Source: Laetmonice hystrix
Taxonomy: Eukaryota
Direction: 5' to 3'
Assembly: GCA_965235115.1 (NCBI GenBank)
Contig: OZ249436.1
Span: 38,566,001-38,630,000 of the forward strand
DNA: 64,000 bases
Below the pieces are notes generated by a model. That model saw only the letters and a program-made list of their open reading frames with translations. It made no database searches and had not been told where the DNA came from. Each line of letters opens with the position of its first letter. Within the stretch, counting starts at the first letter, position 1. Position numbers and translations under genes: made by a program. Positions 13,790 to 25,529 of the stretch are shown in pieces.

Positions 13790-15369
13790 CAGTCTCGGTA
13801 ACGCCAAACTCTCAGATAAGAGAGTCTGGGAGATTTCCGATCTTTCATTGTTACCGCATGGTGGCGCGTTGAACGTTTAGGAATATAGGCTAAGCGGCCC
13901 GAGGAGGCCAGAGAAAAACAAAACAACCGACCTTTTCGCTTCACGAAAATTCGCTTGATAAAATTGCTCGACAAGACTACGTTTTACTAAGAAAAAGTCG
14001 TCATCATGTGTAAAATATTACTCTAGGCCCCCTATTTTGGCTATAGGCCTATAGGCCGACTGATTGCATTGTGCGGTGTAGAGCGAACACCTGTGTGCAC
14101 ATGTGCATGTCAATTGTCAGTTGAAATTTGAAAAATCCTTAATACTATATCTTACTCAGTTCCTAAAGTTCTATGGTTCATACAATAAAGTTAATTGCTT
14201 ATAAAACGCCATATACTAGCCTATATGTAGGTGACCGATTAAACAGACGCTGTCTCAGGTTTGGAAATATGTCAGTGATCTAGGCCCCTATGCCGGGCAG
14301 TGCGCCGCGGGGGTTGGGCCGGCACTTACTGGCTCACCCGCCGGGAGCGACCGGTGGGGGCCAGGGGCAGGGGAGCGAGGCGGCAGGCAGGCAGGACGCC
14401 AGAGTCCATGCAAGCAGGGATGATGCCGCCCTTGCAAAACGTCTCTAGACTAGAATGTAAAACACACATTCCACCCAATAGCGCTCCAATATTAGTTATA
14501 CGGGTTTTCCTATTAAACCGAGGCTGTCTCAGGCTTGAAAATATGGCAGATGCCGCACTGAGCAGCAGACTGCAGAAGGTCGGACTTGCAAGCTCAGCCC
14601 GGCGGGAGTGACCGAGCCCGGGGTGGCGGCCGGGGCTGCAGGCGGGGTAGGCCTACCGAAGTCTGTGCATGCATGATGCCGCCGTTGGAGGCTTGTATAA
14701 AACGTCGCTAGAACGCTAGAACCAGCCGTTGATCAATATGAGCAGACTTCCGTTAAATTTAACCAATCGGCTGCAAGACGACCGGATGCAGAATTCCTAC
14801 TTTTTGAAGGCCGCTTATGTCTCGGAACAACCTCACAAACGGGAGATACAAAAGCTACCACTCGGCTCACCCACGATTGACTCCGTCATATCTCGGCTGT
14901 ACGACGAAGGTCGCCATGCTGGGGAGTGGGGTGGGTGGGTGGCTAGGTCGGGACCACTGACCCGGATGTAAACAACAAACTCGCGCGCTGCCGCTGTGCC
15001 GAAAATGTAGAACTCCCTAGTGTCGGACTTTATACAAAGTCAGAATATCTGGGTTTCTTCCCAGGTGAAGAAGACACTGTTTTGTCTCCACGATAGAAAA
15101 TTCGAGGTACAGGTATGCTGAGAAATTATATTTGAACTAGGCCTATGTGCCTGTGCGTAGGGGTCGACTATTTACTCTCTGTGTTCATGTGCGACCGCTT
15201 TACACTACTTTGCACGAAAAACGGGAAAATGGCCGCTTCATACATCCGAGGCCTGCTTCGCCTCCGGATATGACCTAGAAATAGCCAATCAGAAGCAGCG
15301 TCGGTGTTCCGAGTGAAAAGCTACCAGACCCTCTGCTAGGGCCGCTGAGGGTCTGGATGATCGAGACTG
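13790..15369. mobile_element. Non-autonomous TIR DNA transposon (~1.58 kb) with a near-perfect 9-bp TSD
   Basis: CAGTCTCGGTAACGCCAAACTCTCAG versus the reverse complement of the right end, CAGTCTCGATCATCCAGACCCTCAG. Flanks are ACCGACCGT (13781-89) and ACCAACCGT (15370-78). Confidence 0.65.
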
Positions 15370-15909
15370 ACCAACCGTCAGATTTACGGATCTGGTGGTG
15401 AGCGGGTGATCTTCTCTGCGATCCGGAGTAGAAATCTGTAAATCTGTCCAGTATAGGTCAACAGCCGATTACATATGTATACCAAAAATCTACCCGATCG
15501 CCCGATTGTGACGAGCAGATTGCCATCAGATTAAAGGTGTTCGGAAATCAGTTTTTATTCCCACTGAGAGGCCTATAGGTTGGAACCTTTTGAAACTCAA
15601 TTAGCAGAGGTAGATGAGGCTTCCTGGTCACTAAATAGGCCTACACCAGTGATTACTGTCATTACGAAGATTTTAAGGCCCATGCTTAAAAATTACGATT
15701 CATGAATGTCAAAACTTTGACATGGTTGACATGCTTTATAAGTAGTTACTGGAATATTATGATTACATTGGCCTAAATGGAATGAAATGTCTTTAAAATT
15801 GCTTCATGTTGGTCATTCACGGTATATGTTTCTGTATATCTGTCTTGGCACGTGTAGATCCTCCCAACGTGAACAATGACTGGAGAGGAGGCCCACACTG
15901 AGCCGGCAG

Positions 15910-16525
15910 ATCACACCCGCACCTCACCCTGCACTTCCCGGCTCCTCTCCCAGCACCTCCCGGCACCTCAACCGGCACCCCTCCCGGCACCACACCCGGC
16001 ACCACACCCGGCACCTCACCCCGCACCTCCCGGCTCCTCTCCCAGCACCTTCCGACACCTCTCACGGCACCTCCCGGCTCCTTTCCTGACACCTCTCCCG
16101 GCACCTCACCCATTACCTCACCCTGCACCGCACCCCACACCTCCCTGCTCCTCTCCCAGCACCTCCCGACACCTCTCTCGGCACCTCCCGGTTCCTCTCC
16201 CGGCACCTCACCCAAAGTCTCCCCCGACACCTCCCGGCACCTCCTCGGTACCTCTTACGGCACTTTACCCGGTACCTCTCCCGGCACCACACCCGGCACC
16301 TCTCCCGGCACCTCACTTAAACATCACTCACGTCACTCCCCCACATCACTCACATCACTCGCCCACATCACTGATCACTCCCCCACATCACTTACGTCAC
16401 TCCCCCACATCACTCACGTCACTACCCCACATCACTCATTACTTGCCCACATCACTCACGTCACTACCCCACATCACTGGTCACTCCCCACATCATTTCC
16501 CATCACTCGCCCACATCAATCACGT
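15910..16525. repeat. 12-bp (CCCGGCACCTCT-like) minisatellite followed by a CACATCACT-based array
   Basis: Direct repeats visible. They account for the Pro/His-rich ORF 15876-16688. Confidence 0.85.
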
Positions 16526-16596
16526 GAATCACGGCATCGCGCATCAACCCCGAGTTCGGGAGGATGACTGGTTTACTGTTACACTACACTTTGACT

Positions 16597-18679
16597 GGGT
16601 GATTTTAAAGTTGGTGTATTTGCCAGTGTGTAGTGTTAGTGTCAGCGTCAGTGTTAATTTCTACTCCAAACAACTGGTGGCAGTGTAACACTTACACTGG
16701 TGTCACACTGGTGTAAGTGTCACAGCGACTTCATGAAGATACGAAAAATCTGGATGATATGAAACCTGGTGTTAACAGCTGGTGTTTACACTAACACCAA
16801 GGAGCCCTGGGACACCAGAAATAAACTTCCTGGTGTTAACAACAGGTGTTAGTGTGATCAGAGTTTAGAGGTAGTGTTATTGGGTGTTAGTGGTGCACCC
16901 ACACTCCCTGGAACACTCAGCCCAGGTGTTAATTCCTACCTGGTGTTCTGGCCAAGAAATTTGTAATGGCTCTTCGATTAGCCCTAACACTAACGTCTAG
17001 GCGTTAACACCGAAGTGATTTTAAAGCTGGTGTTGCCTGGCCAGCCACGCTGTTTGTGTCTTTTCAAGGGTCTTTTCACCCTGTTTGTGTCTTTTCACGC
17101 TAAGCATAACCCCAACCTGGGCTATCGACTTTTATTCAGCAATTACAGATATCTTCAAATATTTAAAGATATCTTCAATTCAATTGAAGGTATCTTAAAT
17201 TCATTTAAAGATATCTGCAAATATGTACAGATATCTGCAAATATGTACAGATATCTTCAAATGAATTGAAGATATCCTCAAATGATTTGAAGATATCTTC
17301 AATTCTTTTAGATATATCTGCAAAACAATTTAAGCTATACATTTAAAGTGATGTTCGCACCTATCCTTAATTCTATTAAAGATATCTTAAAAAGAATTTC
17401 AGATTTCTTCAATTGAATTGAAGAGATCTTCAAATATTTGAAGATATCTGTAAATGCTAAATAAAAGTACCAACAGCATTTCATAGAATATACGTTTTGC
17501 AGCATGGCAAATCATAATAAATAAAATATAGTACTTTTTTTCTCAAAACATATAAAACAAAGTAGGTTAGTTTTCACGAAGGTTCAAAACATATTAGGAT
17601 AGTGAAAGACAGTGTTTTGAGGTCAACTATGCTTAAGTTCTAAATGACCCATTTCAAATAGGCCTAAACTATTACAAAAGCTAATAATCAATGGTACGCC
17701 TAGTTTATTTAAAAAGATGATAAATTGGTGTGTGTAGGGGTGTGTGCGGTGTGGGGTGGGGGGGGGGTGTAATGGTGGGTTGAAGGTAGGGATCAAGCAT
17801 AGCCATGCAGTGGCGGATCTGGGGGGGGGGGCTTACTGGGGTTGCAACCCCCCTTCAGCCGCTGACTAATGTCGTGATACCAGGAAAAAGGGGGAACAAT
17901 AATAAATGCAGGTAGATCTATACAGGTAATACATAATCTATAGGCCTTTAGATTGAATATAGGCAACCAGGATAATAGGCACCCATATAACCAACCAACC
18001 CCCCAACTTCCTTTATTTAGTTTCTCTCTCTTGTCTGAATCACATTTTAAGCTGTGAATTGGGTGAGGTATCGGGGATTCTGGTTACTGTTAGCATACAC
18101 CAACTTGAAAATCACCCCTGGTGGTAGGCCCACGTTTGTCTGTTCTCAGTTGATTTGTATGTTGCTGATTATTATGAGAGTGGCACATATGAAATTGAGA
18201 CACTTAATATTTTCGAAACCAGTTCACTTCTGACAGGAGGTCTGGCGCATTATGGGAAAGCCCCAGATTATGCATGGATGCTCATGTGTAGTTGAAAGCA
18301 TGAAATATTACCGGTCATAATTTGGGAATCAAACTCTGATTTTAACGAGGTCTTGATCATTTTTCCCAATGATGGTGTCCTTTCTAGCATGCAGTGTGGA
18401 TTACTACTAGCAATGGGTGTTGGTGTTAACACTAACATGGTGTATGGTGTGGGTGTTATACTGGTGTTAGTGTCAGACCCGTGTTAGGAATCCGTATTCA
18501 GAAGGTAACCAACTTGAAGTGTCAGTTGTGTGTTAACACCTGCACTCAGTCTTCCACGGAGTGTAGATCACACGGACACCTGATGTTAACACTGGGCAAT
18601 TTATTTCTGGTGTCCCAGAGCTTGTTAGTGTTACTGTTAGTGTAAACACCACCTGTTAACACCAACTTTAAAATCACCC
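16597..18679. mobile_element. Foldback-type element (~2.1 kb) with GGTGTTAACACC-rich arms
   Basis: GGGTGATTTTAAAGTTGGTG at 16597 is inverted to CACCAACTTTAAAATCACCC ending at 18679. GGGACACCAGAAATAAA (~16809) is inverted to TTTATTTCTGGTGTCCC (~18600). Confidence 0.65.
17128..17467. mobile_element. MITE with internal GATATCTTCAA repeats, nested in the foldback element
   Basis: CTTTTATTCAGCAATTACAGATATCTTCAAATATTT is inverted to AAATATTTGAAGATATCTGTAAATGCTAAATAAAAG. Confidence 0.65.
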
Positions 18680-19510
18680 ATTGAGACGAGGCCGGACATT
18701 AAAGGGTGTCATAAAAGCGCGTGTCAACGAGGACACCAGACACAGAAGGGCGGTGTAGTTGCAAGGTTCCCAATGAAAGGGGTCACATGAACCGCAAAGG
18801 AATTTGACATATAATAAGCAAATGGACAGTTAATGAGATGTTAGTAAGTTGTTAGATTCTTTGAAGTGTGATACAGCAATTAGATATGCATGAGTAACTT
18901 TCTGTATATATACGAAAACTTTCTGTATTAAATACAGAAGCTTTCTGTATTAAATACAAAAACTTTCTGTATTAAATACAAAAACTTTCTGTATTAAATA
19001 CAAAAACTCTCTGTATTAAATACACAAACTTTTTGTATTTTTTTTTATACAGAAACTTTTTGTATTAAATACAAAAAATTGTCACTGCATTTGGTGCATT
19101 TTTTAATTTTCTTAAATAAAAAATGCAAAGACGCATTTTTTCCCCCATAAAAACGTGTTTTCGTTCAACGAGACCTGGAGTTTCACTAATTTTGTCCATT
19201 TAATGTCTCTTGCCTTATGTCCTAGGTCATGGCATAACAAGTTTGAAGGCTCCCTCTGCAATATCTTCGACGTTATCGACAATTTCATTGAATTTGAGAC
19301 GAATTTCAAAAAGGATTTTTACCTAGCTCCGTATTGTGCAAGATTTGGACAGAATAGAACATGGCCGCCGTTGAGTAGGTCAGCGATTTCTGGCTCCTCG
19401 GATTATACGGGTTACGAGCTTCCAGGGACGGAGCTAACATACTAATTCAGTTCCAAATCACTGAAGTAAGTGTGGACCTATTGTTTCTTAGTTTAAAAGA
19501 CAATGTGAAT

Positions 19511-20851
19511 ATGTCTAAATCTACAAAATCAAGCAAATCACGTACGGTCGAGGAGGACAATGGCGATAATGGAGAGCAGTCTGGAGAACCCACCATGTCG
19601 GACATTATGAAGGAACTAAGTAAAATGCAGACTAAAAGTGATCGAGCCAAAAAGCAACTAAATGATCGCCTTGATAGTATAAACAAGCAACTATCAACTC
19701 ATGTCGAGAAAAGTGCGAAGGTCTCCAGAGAGTTAAATGACAAAATTGCAGAATTGACTGCTCGTGTTGTGAGTGAAACAGCTGAAAAACAGGCGCTGTC
19801 AGCGGATCTGGACCAAACAAAGCTCAAGTGTACACTACTTGAAATGAAGGTTGACCTCCTTGAGAAAAGAGTCGAGGGCCTCGACGAAGAAAAGAGACGA
19901 CTAAATATAGTAATTGATGGTATTCCAGAAAGTGACGCAAAACATATTAAAACTACGATTGGGGAACTGTTCGAAACTCTAAGCCTGCCTTTTGGAACAA
20001 ATGATACGGAAAGTATCTATCGCCTGGGCGCCAAACCACCGTCAGGGAAACCGAGAAGTGTCCTCGTCAAGCTCAGGTCAACTTCGCAGAAAAGCGACAT
20101 TTTCAAGAATGTGCATAGACTTGCCAACAATCGAGCCTGGAAAGGTATACACATCAATGATGACCTGCCCCCCAAACAACAAGCCGAAAGACGTGACGCC
20201 CGCAGCATTGTGGCGTTAGCACGTGCGAAAGGTTTGGGTTGCAAACAAAAGGGCTCTGCAGTATTGTTAGAGGGTGTCCGCTATAATCCACGAGAGTTTA
20301 ATTCCCTCCCGCATAACTTGTCACTGGAAGCAGCCAAAATAGTTCAGGTACCAGACGGTTTGGCCTTTCAGGGGCACCATGCATACCTCAGCAATATGTA
20401 TGCCATTCCCGTCCAGTACGCAGGAAACACTTTCCCTAGCGCCGAATCAGCGTATCAAAGCACATGTGCCAGGGTGCATGGGGAGGAAGCATTAGCTTTG
20501 CAAATACAGGCCGAGAGTGATCCATACGTGGTTAAAAGATTGTCCCGGCGTGTTCGAACCAGCGATGAATGGAACCTCAAGAAAGTGACCATAATGAAGG
20601 AAATTGTCGAATCAAAGTTCGACCAGAATGACACCATACGTGAAAAACTTCTGAAAACTAAGGGACAGCTCTTTGAAGCTACTACAGACAGTGTGTTTGG
20701 TTGCGGCTTCACACTCGGTCAACGTAACAGGATAAGCGCGGACAACGTCATCTCTGGAAACCACTTGGGCCTGATCCTTGCCAAATACAGAGACACCTAC
20801 AGCATCAACAACGCGGAGCCTACAGCACAAGCACCACCAAAATCGAAGTAG
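19511..20851 (+). CDS. LINE ORF1p (446 aa from ATG 19511): coiled coil, L1-type RRM/CTD-like region, C-terminal NADAR (YbiA-like) domain
   Basis: Heptad-rich N-terminus. ORF1-type motifs RRLNIVIDGIPE, IYRLG..PRSVLVKL, GIHINDDLP. NADAR motifs from ~20360: YLSNMY, FPSAESAYQ, EWNLKKVTIMKEIVESKFDQN, LLKT, LFEATTDSVFGCG, GNHLGLILAKYRD. Confidence 0.88.
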   Translation: MSKSTKSSKSRTVEEDNGDNGEQSGEPTMSDIMKELSKMQTKSDRAKKQLNDRLDSINKQLSTHVEKSAKVSRELNDKIAELTARVVSETAEKQALSADLDQTKLKCTLLEMKVDLLEKRVEGLDEEKRRLNIVIDGIPESDAKHIKTTIGELFETLSLPFGTNDTESIYRLGAKPPSGKPRSVLVKLRSTSQKSDIFKNVHRLANNRAWKGIHINDDLPPKQQAERRDARSIVALARAKGLGCKQKGSAVLLEGVRYNPREFNSLPHNLSLEAAKIVQVPDGLAFQGHHAYLSNMYAIPVQYAGNTFPSAESAYQSTCARVHGEEALALQIQAESDPYVVKRLSRRVRTSDEWNLKKVTIMKEIVESKFDQNDTIREKLLKTKGQLFEATTDSVFGCGFTLGQRNRISADNVISGNHLGLILAKYRDTYSINNAEPTAQAPPKSK

Positions 20852-20876
20852 CGTTCCTATTGTTTATGTAGTAATA

Positions 20877-21551
20877 ATGACCACTACAATTAACAGGTTT
20901 ATTATCTTAGGCGATTCAAGAACTAAACATTTCGGGAAATTATTGAAGCACCATAACTTCCAACCCAATACAGAAGTAGTGTTAGAGACATACCCGGGTG
21001 CCACAATACTTGATGCGGCACGGCGCTTCCTGCGTAGTAACACCCACGTGTCGCTCACCGGGGTGAACGCGTATATCGTCCTGGCAGCAGGGGTCAACAA
21101 CCTTACAAGGCTCGACCGATCCTATGACGGTTCGAGGCGCATTGTCCGGCCAATCTTTAATGACATACCTGATATGGTTGACTCCTTAACAGACAGATAC
21201 ACTGAGGCTAAACAGATGTTGACTGAGGCAGGGTATCGATGTATCATTTGTGAGCTGACAGGTCTGGATGTGAATAGGTACAATAGGGCAACAACAAATT
21301 ATATTAAACTCCAAGAAATTATCGACGAAGGGGTACCAATTCTGAACAGAGCCATATCTGCTCTGAATTACGATGACTGCCTGCCTACCCCGTTTCTACA
21401 AGACTCAATCCATCACAAAGTAAAGAAGACAGACGTTTGCCGGAAAACGAAATATGCTAAATTAAGTGACGGTCTTCATCCCGATGAGAAAACTGCTGGA
21501 CGCTGGTTGGAACAAATACTGAAAGCCATTAACAAGATTACCAAAAAATAG
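20877..21551 (+). CDS. LINE-encoded SGNH/GDSL hydrolase (esterase), 224 aa from ATG 20877
   Basis: All four SGNH blocks are present: ILGDS, YPGA, AAGVNN, DGLHP. The ATG is 25 nt after the ORF1 stop. The frame is open back to 20778 and is +1 relative to ORF1. Confidence 0.85.
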   Translation: MTTTINRFIILGDSRTKHFGKLLKHHNFQPNTEVVLETYPGATILDAARRFLRSNTHVSLTGVNAYIVLAAGVNNLTRLDRSYDGSRRIVRPIFNDIPDMVDSLTDRYTEAKQMLTEAGYRCIICELTGLDVNRYNRATTNYIKLQEIIDEGVPILNRAISALNYDDCLPTPFLQDSIHHKVKKTDVCRKTKYAKLSDGLHPDEKTAGRWLEQILKAINKITKK

Positions 21552-21552
21552 T

Positions 21553-22352
21553 GGGTCTGGTCCGTATGGACAACCCTCTACCTCTGAATGTACTCCCCTA
21601 TGACATGATGGACTTCATAAGTATAAAGTTTGATGTGTGTGTCTAAGGTGGCTGGGCGTGGGTGTGCGTGTGTGCGTGTGCGCACTGCTTGCGGGTCTGG
21701 TCCGTATGGACACCCCCCGCTTGCTTTGTGTGCATGTATCACCTCACACAATCAATATGACTCTAGCCCCGAATTGTTTGAACTCGCATCTGTCTATTGA
21801 ACGAATCCGTGTGTCTGGTCCGTATGGACAACCCTCTACCTCTGAATGTACTCTCCTATGACATGATGGACTTTATAAGTATAAAGTTTGATGTGTGGGT
21901 CTAAGGTAGCTGGGCGCGTGTGTGTGTGTGTGCGCGCACTGCTTGCAGGTCTGGTCCGTATGGACACCCCCCGCTTGCTTTGTGTGCATGTATCACCTCA
22001 CACAATCAATATGACTCTAGCCCCGAAATGTTTGAACTCGCATCTGTTTATTGAACTAATCCGTGTGTCTGGTCCGTATGGACAACCTTCAAACTCTGAA
22101 TGTACTCTCCTATGACATGATGGACTTTATAAGTACAAAGTTCGATGTGTGGGTCTAAGGTGGCTGGGCGTGGGTGTGTGTGTGCGCGCACTGCTTGCGG
22201 GTCTGGTCCGTATGGACAACCCTCTAGCTCGGAATGTATTCCACTGTGACTTGACAGACCTTATAAGTGTTTACGATAGTTTGTTGTGCGGGTGCAAAGG
22301 GTGTGTATGCGCGGCTGCATACTGTTTGTTGGATCTGGTCTGTACGGACACC
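21553..22352 (+). repeat. ~255-bp tandem repeat (~3 copies) in the LINE inter-ORF spacer
   Basis: GTCTGGTCCGTATGGACA occurs at 21555, 21695, 21813, 21949, 22067 and 22201, with a degenerate copy at ~22333. Full-unit periods are 258 and 254 bp. Confidence 0.9.
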
Positions 22353-22658
22353 TCCCACCTATTGTTATACATGTATTATTCCCTATCTGCTTGTTTTGTA
22401 TGAATATATCTATTATGATTATTATCTAATTCTGCTCCTGAAACACAAGGTACGAGGAGCCACTTACTATAAGTGTTAAGGTCTAATTATTGACCATGTG
22501 TACATGTTTGTACATATTGTCATGGTTTGAGCAAGTTCTACTTGTCTATAAACCGTTTATACCATCACCCTCATCCAAATTCATCCTCACTCACTATTTA
22601 ACCCGATTAGCAAATGAAATTCCACGGTGCTATGTACTCACTAGTTTCTCTACTGTGA

Positions 22659-25529
22659 ATGGCCAACATGGATCATGCAATAAGTAGCTGTAATGATTTA
22701 GCCGCTATCAAGGGCCTGAAAATTGCACATCTGAATGTCAGAAGCCTTCCTGACAAAATTGATCAATTAAGAATTCTACTACTGAATGAACCGGTAGATA
22801 TTATGTGCATCTCTGAAACCTGGACGAATGATAACTATACACCAGCCTTATTGGAAATACCAGGTTATGAACTTACTCTGTATAACCGTACTACACGTAA
22901 TGATCAAGGCAATCCTGAAAGAGGTGGAGGCATAGGTTATTATGTTAGATGTCAATCTAATTTTTCAGTTACCCCTTTACATGCCTTGAACATTTGTGAG
23001 AACTATATGGAAAGTTGCTGGATTAACATTTGCTATAAGTATTCTAGACCTTTGACACTGGGGATAATATACAGGCGGCCCTCTGGTTCCCTTGAAAACT
23101 GCCTAGAGGCACTTCATGAGATGCTTAATTCTATTCCATCGGGTAATGATATTATGATGATCGGAGACTTTAACATTGATTTTGCTAAAAATAATAACAA
23201 TTCTAGGAAACTTAAAGAATTAGCACGCGAGAGATCTCTGAAACAGTTGATTAAAACACCTACCAGAGGAACACATTATACAAGTACAACTATTGACCTA
23301 ATATTCGTAAAGGCCGATCACATTGTCCAGAGTGGCACAATTCCCTGTGGATTAAGTGATCATAATATAATTTTTGTTATCAAAAAGAAAATACAACCTA
23401 CACATACGAGTGCAACCTTTCAAGGACGAAGCTACAAACACTTGGACATTCCTAACTTACAAGCACGTATATCAGCCTTGGACTGGTCACCTTTCTATGA
23501 ATGCTGTGATCCTACACTTAGTTGGGATATTATGCTAGGTAATATAATGTCCGTCACCGATCTGCTATGTCCCCTCAAAGAAATAAAGATAAAAAAGGTT
23601 AAACAACCGTGGATTAACAACCTTTTACTTGAACTAATGAATGATAGAGATGCTGTTCTGAAGCGACATGAGCAGACAAAAGACTCGGCTGACTGGGACT
23701 TGTATAAAAGGCTGAGAAACGAGGCTAAGAGAGGAGTCCGTGAAGCTAAAGAAGAGTTCATAATTGACAATCTTGTGAAACACGAAGGTGACCACAAAAA
23801 GTTCTGGAAACAGATAAATGATCTATTTCCTCGCTCTGGTAAGAACAATGCTACTTTCAGACTGATTGAGCCAAATAGCAATACTGAAGTTGATGAAAGT
23901 AAGACTGCTGATTATATCAACTCATTTTTTGTGAATATTGGTCCTAACCTTGCCCAGCACTTCAGAGAACCCTGGGATACGGATATGGTCAGGTCAAACC
24001 TAGAACTGCCAACTATGGTTACCACTGAAGAGGAGGTTAAGAAGCTAGTTAAAGAAATTAACATATACAAATCCTCTGCTATTAAGAACATTTCTTCGAA
24101 AATTCTCAAACCTGCATTCCTAATCCTAATACCTCAACTCACACACTTGTTCAATCTATGCCTTACACATGGATTATTTCCTGATAGCTGGAAGGTTGCT
24201 ACAGTCATTCCACTACAAAAAGATGGTGATAAGTCGGATGTGGGAAACCTAAGGCCAATCTCGTTACTTCCTCTGCCAGGGAAGATGTTAGAAAGGGTAA
24301 TCCATGCAAATTTAATGCCTTTTCTCACAGAAAATAACCTAATATCTGAAAAACAAGGTGGTTTTAGGCCTGGTTTTTCAACCACTAGAAAAATAGCGGA
24401 CTTAACTGATGACATATACGAAGCTATGAATAATCAAGAAATTACTGTGGCAGTCTTTATTGATTTTAAAAAAGCTTTTGATACGGTTGATCACGAAATT
24501 CTTCTCAGGAAACTAGACTTACTTGGTATTAGGAATATAAACCTTAACCTAATAACTAACTATCTATCCAACAGGAAACAACAGACCTTGGCAAATAATG
24601 TTATGTCAGATACTGCAAACATCACGTTTGGGGTCCCCCAAGGCTCTGTTTCTCGGTCCGCTATTGTTTCTATTGTACGTGAATGATTTACCAGACTGTA
24701 TTCAAAACGGACGTTCGCAATTATATGCTGATGACACAACTGTCTACCAAAAACACAGTAATGTATATTGTGCGGTTCAGAGCCTTCAAGATGACCTTGA
24801 CCGTTTAATGCATTGGTGCAACCTGAATAAATTAACGATCAATGTTAAAAAAAACTAAAGCTATGATCTTCACTACTAAACAAAGAAAGAAAAGGCTTCC
24901 GCCAATCAATCTGACATTAGGCAATGAGCGACTCGCTATAGTAGACTCGTATAAGTACCTGGGACTTACTCTAGACAGCACACTTAATTTTGAAAACCAT
25001 CTTAAAAATATGGTAAAAACCATAAGTCACAAACTATTTATGCTAACTAGGCTACGTCGACTGTTAACTCAGGCTGCTGCCGAAAGAGTCTATAAAACAA
25101 TGATTTTACCATACTTTGACTATGCAGACATCTTCTATGAGGCATGTTCACAAAACAAACTCGATAAGTTACAAAGGATCCAAAATCGGTCTCTTAGATG
25201 CATAGCTGGTGTCAACCAAAAATCATCTTTCCACTGATGAATTGCATGAAAAGTTAAATCTATGTAAGCTAATTACTAGAAGAAAACAGCATCTTGCGAA
25301 CTTTATGTTTAAAAGATCATCGGACCCCCACTATATAGACAATAGAAACCTAATAACAAGAGAACATAGGAAAAAGCTCATGGTAGTGACTAAACCTAAT
25401 TTAGAAAAGTTCAAAGACTCCTTGGTGTATAAAGGCTCTAAACTTTGGAATAGCCTAAGTATGGAACACCAAGTATGTGCATCATATAAACTTTTTAAAT
25501 CCAAAACAAAGAACTGTATTGTAGATTGA
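22659..25529 (+). CDS. LINE ORF2p, APE endonuclease plus reverse transcriptase (~955 aa if three +1 frameshifts are corrected)
   Basis: Endonuclease motifs HLNVRSL, CISETW, GDFNID, TIDLIF, SDH. RT motifs RPISLL, QGGFR, IDFKKAFDTVDH, GVPQGS(V)LGPLLF, YADD, YKYLG. Frameshifts at ~24650, ~24850 and ~25220. Confidence 0.92.

Noticed and set aside
15876..16688. 270-aa Pro/His-rich ORF
   Set aside because: It is the translation of 12-bp and CACATCACT minisatellites, with no domain or splice support.
20360..20795. NADAR domain as bacterial contamination or a DarT-NADAR toxin-antitoxin operon
   Set aside because: It is in frame with a LINE ORF1 inside a poly(A)-tailed element with a defined empty site, and no ADP-ribosyltransferase ORF is adjacent.
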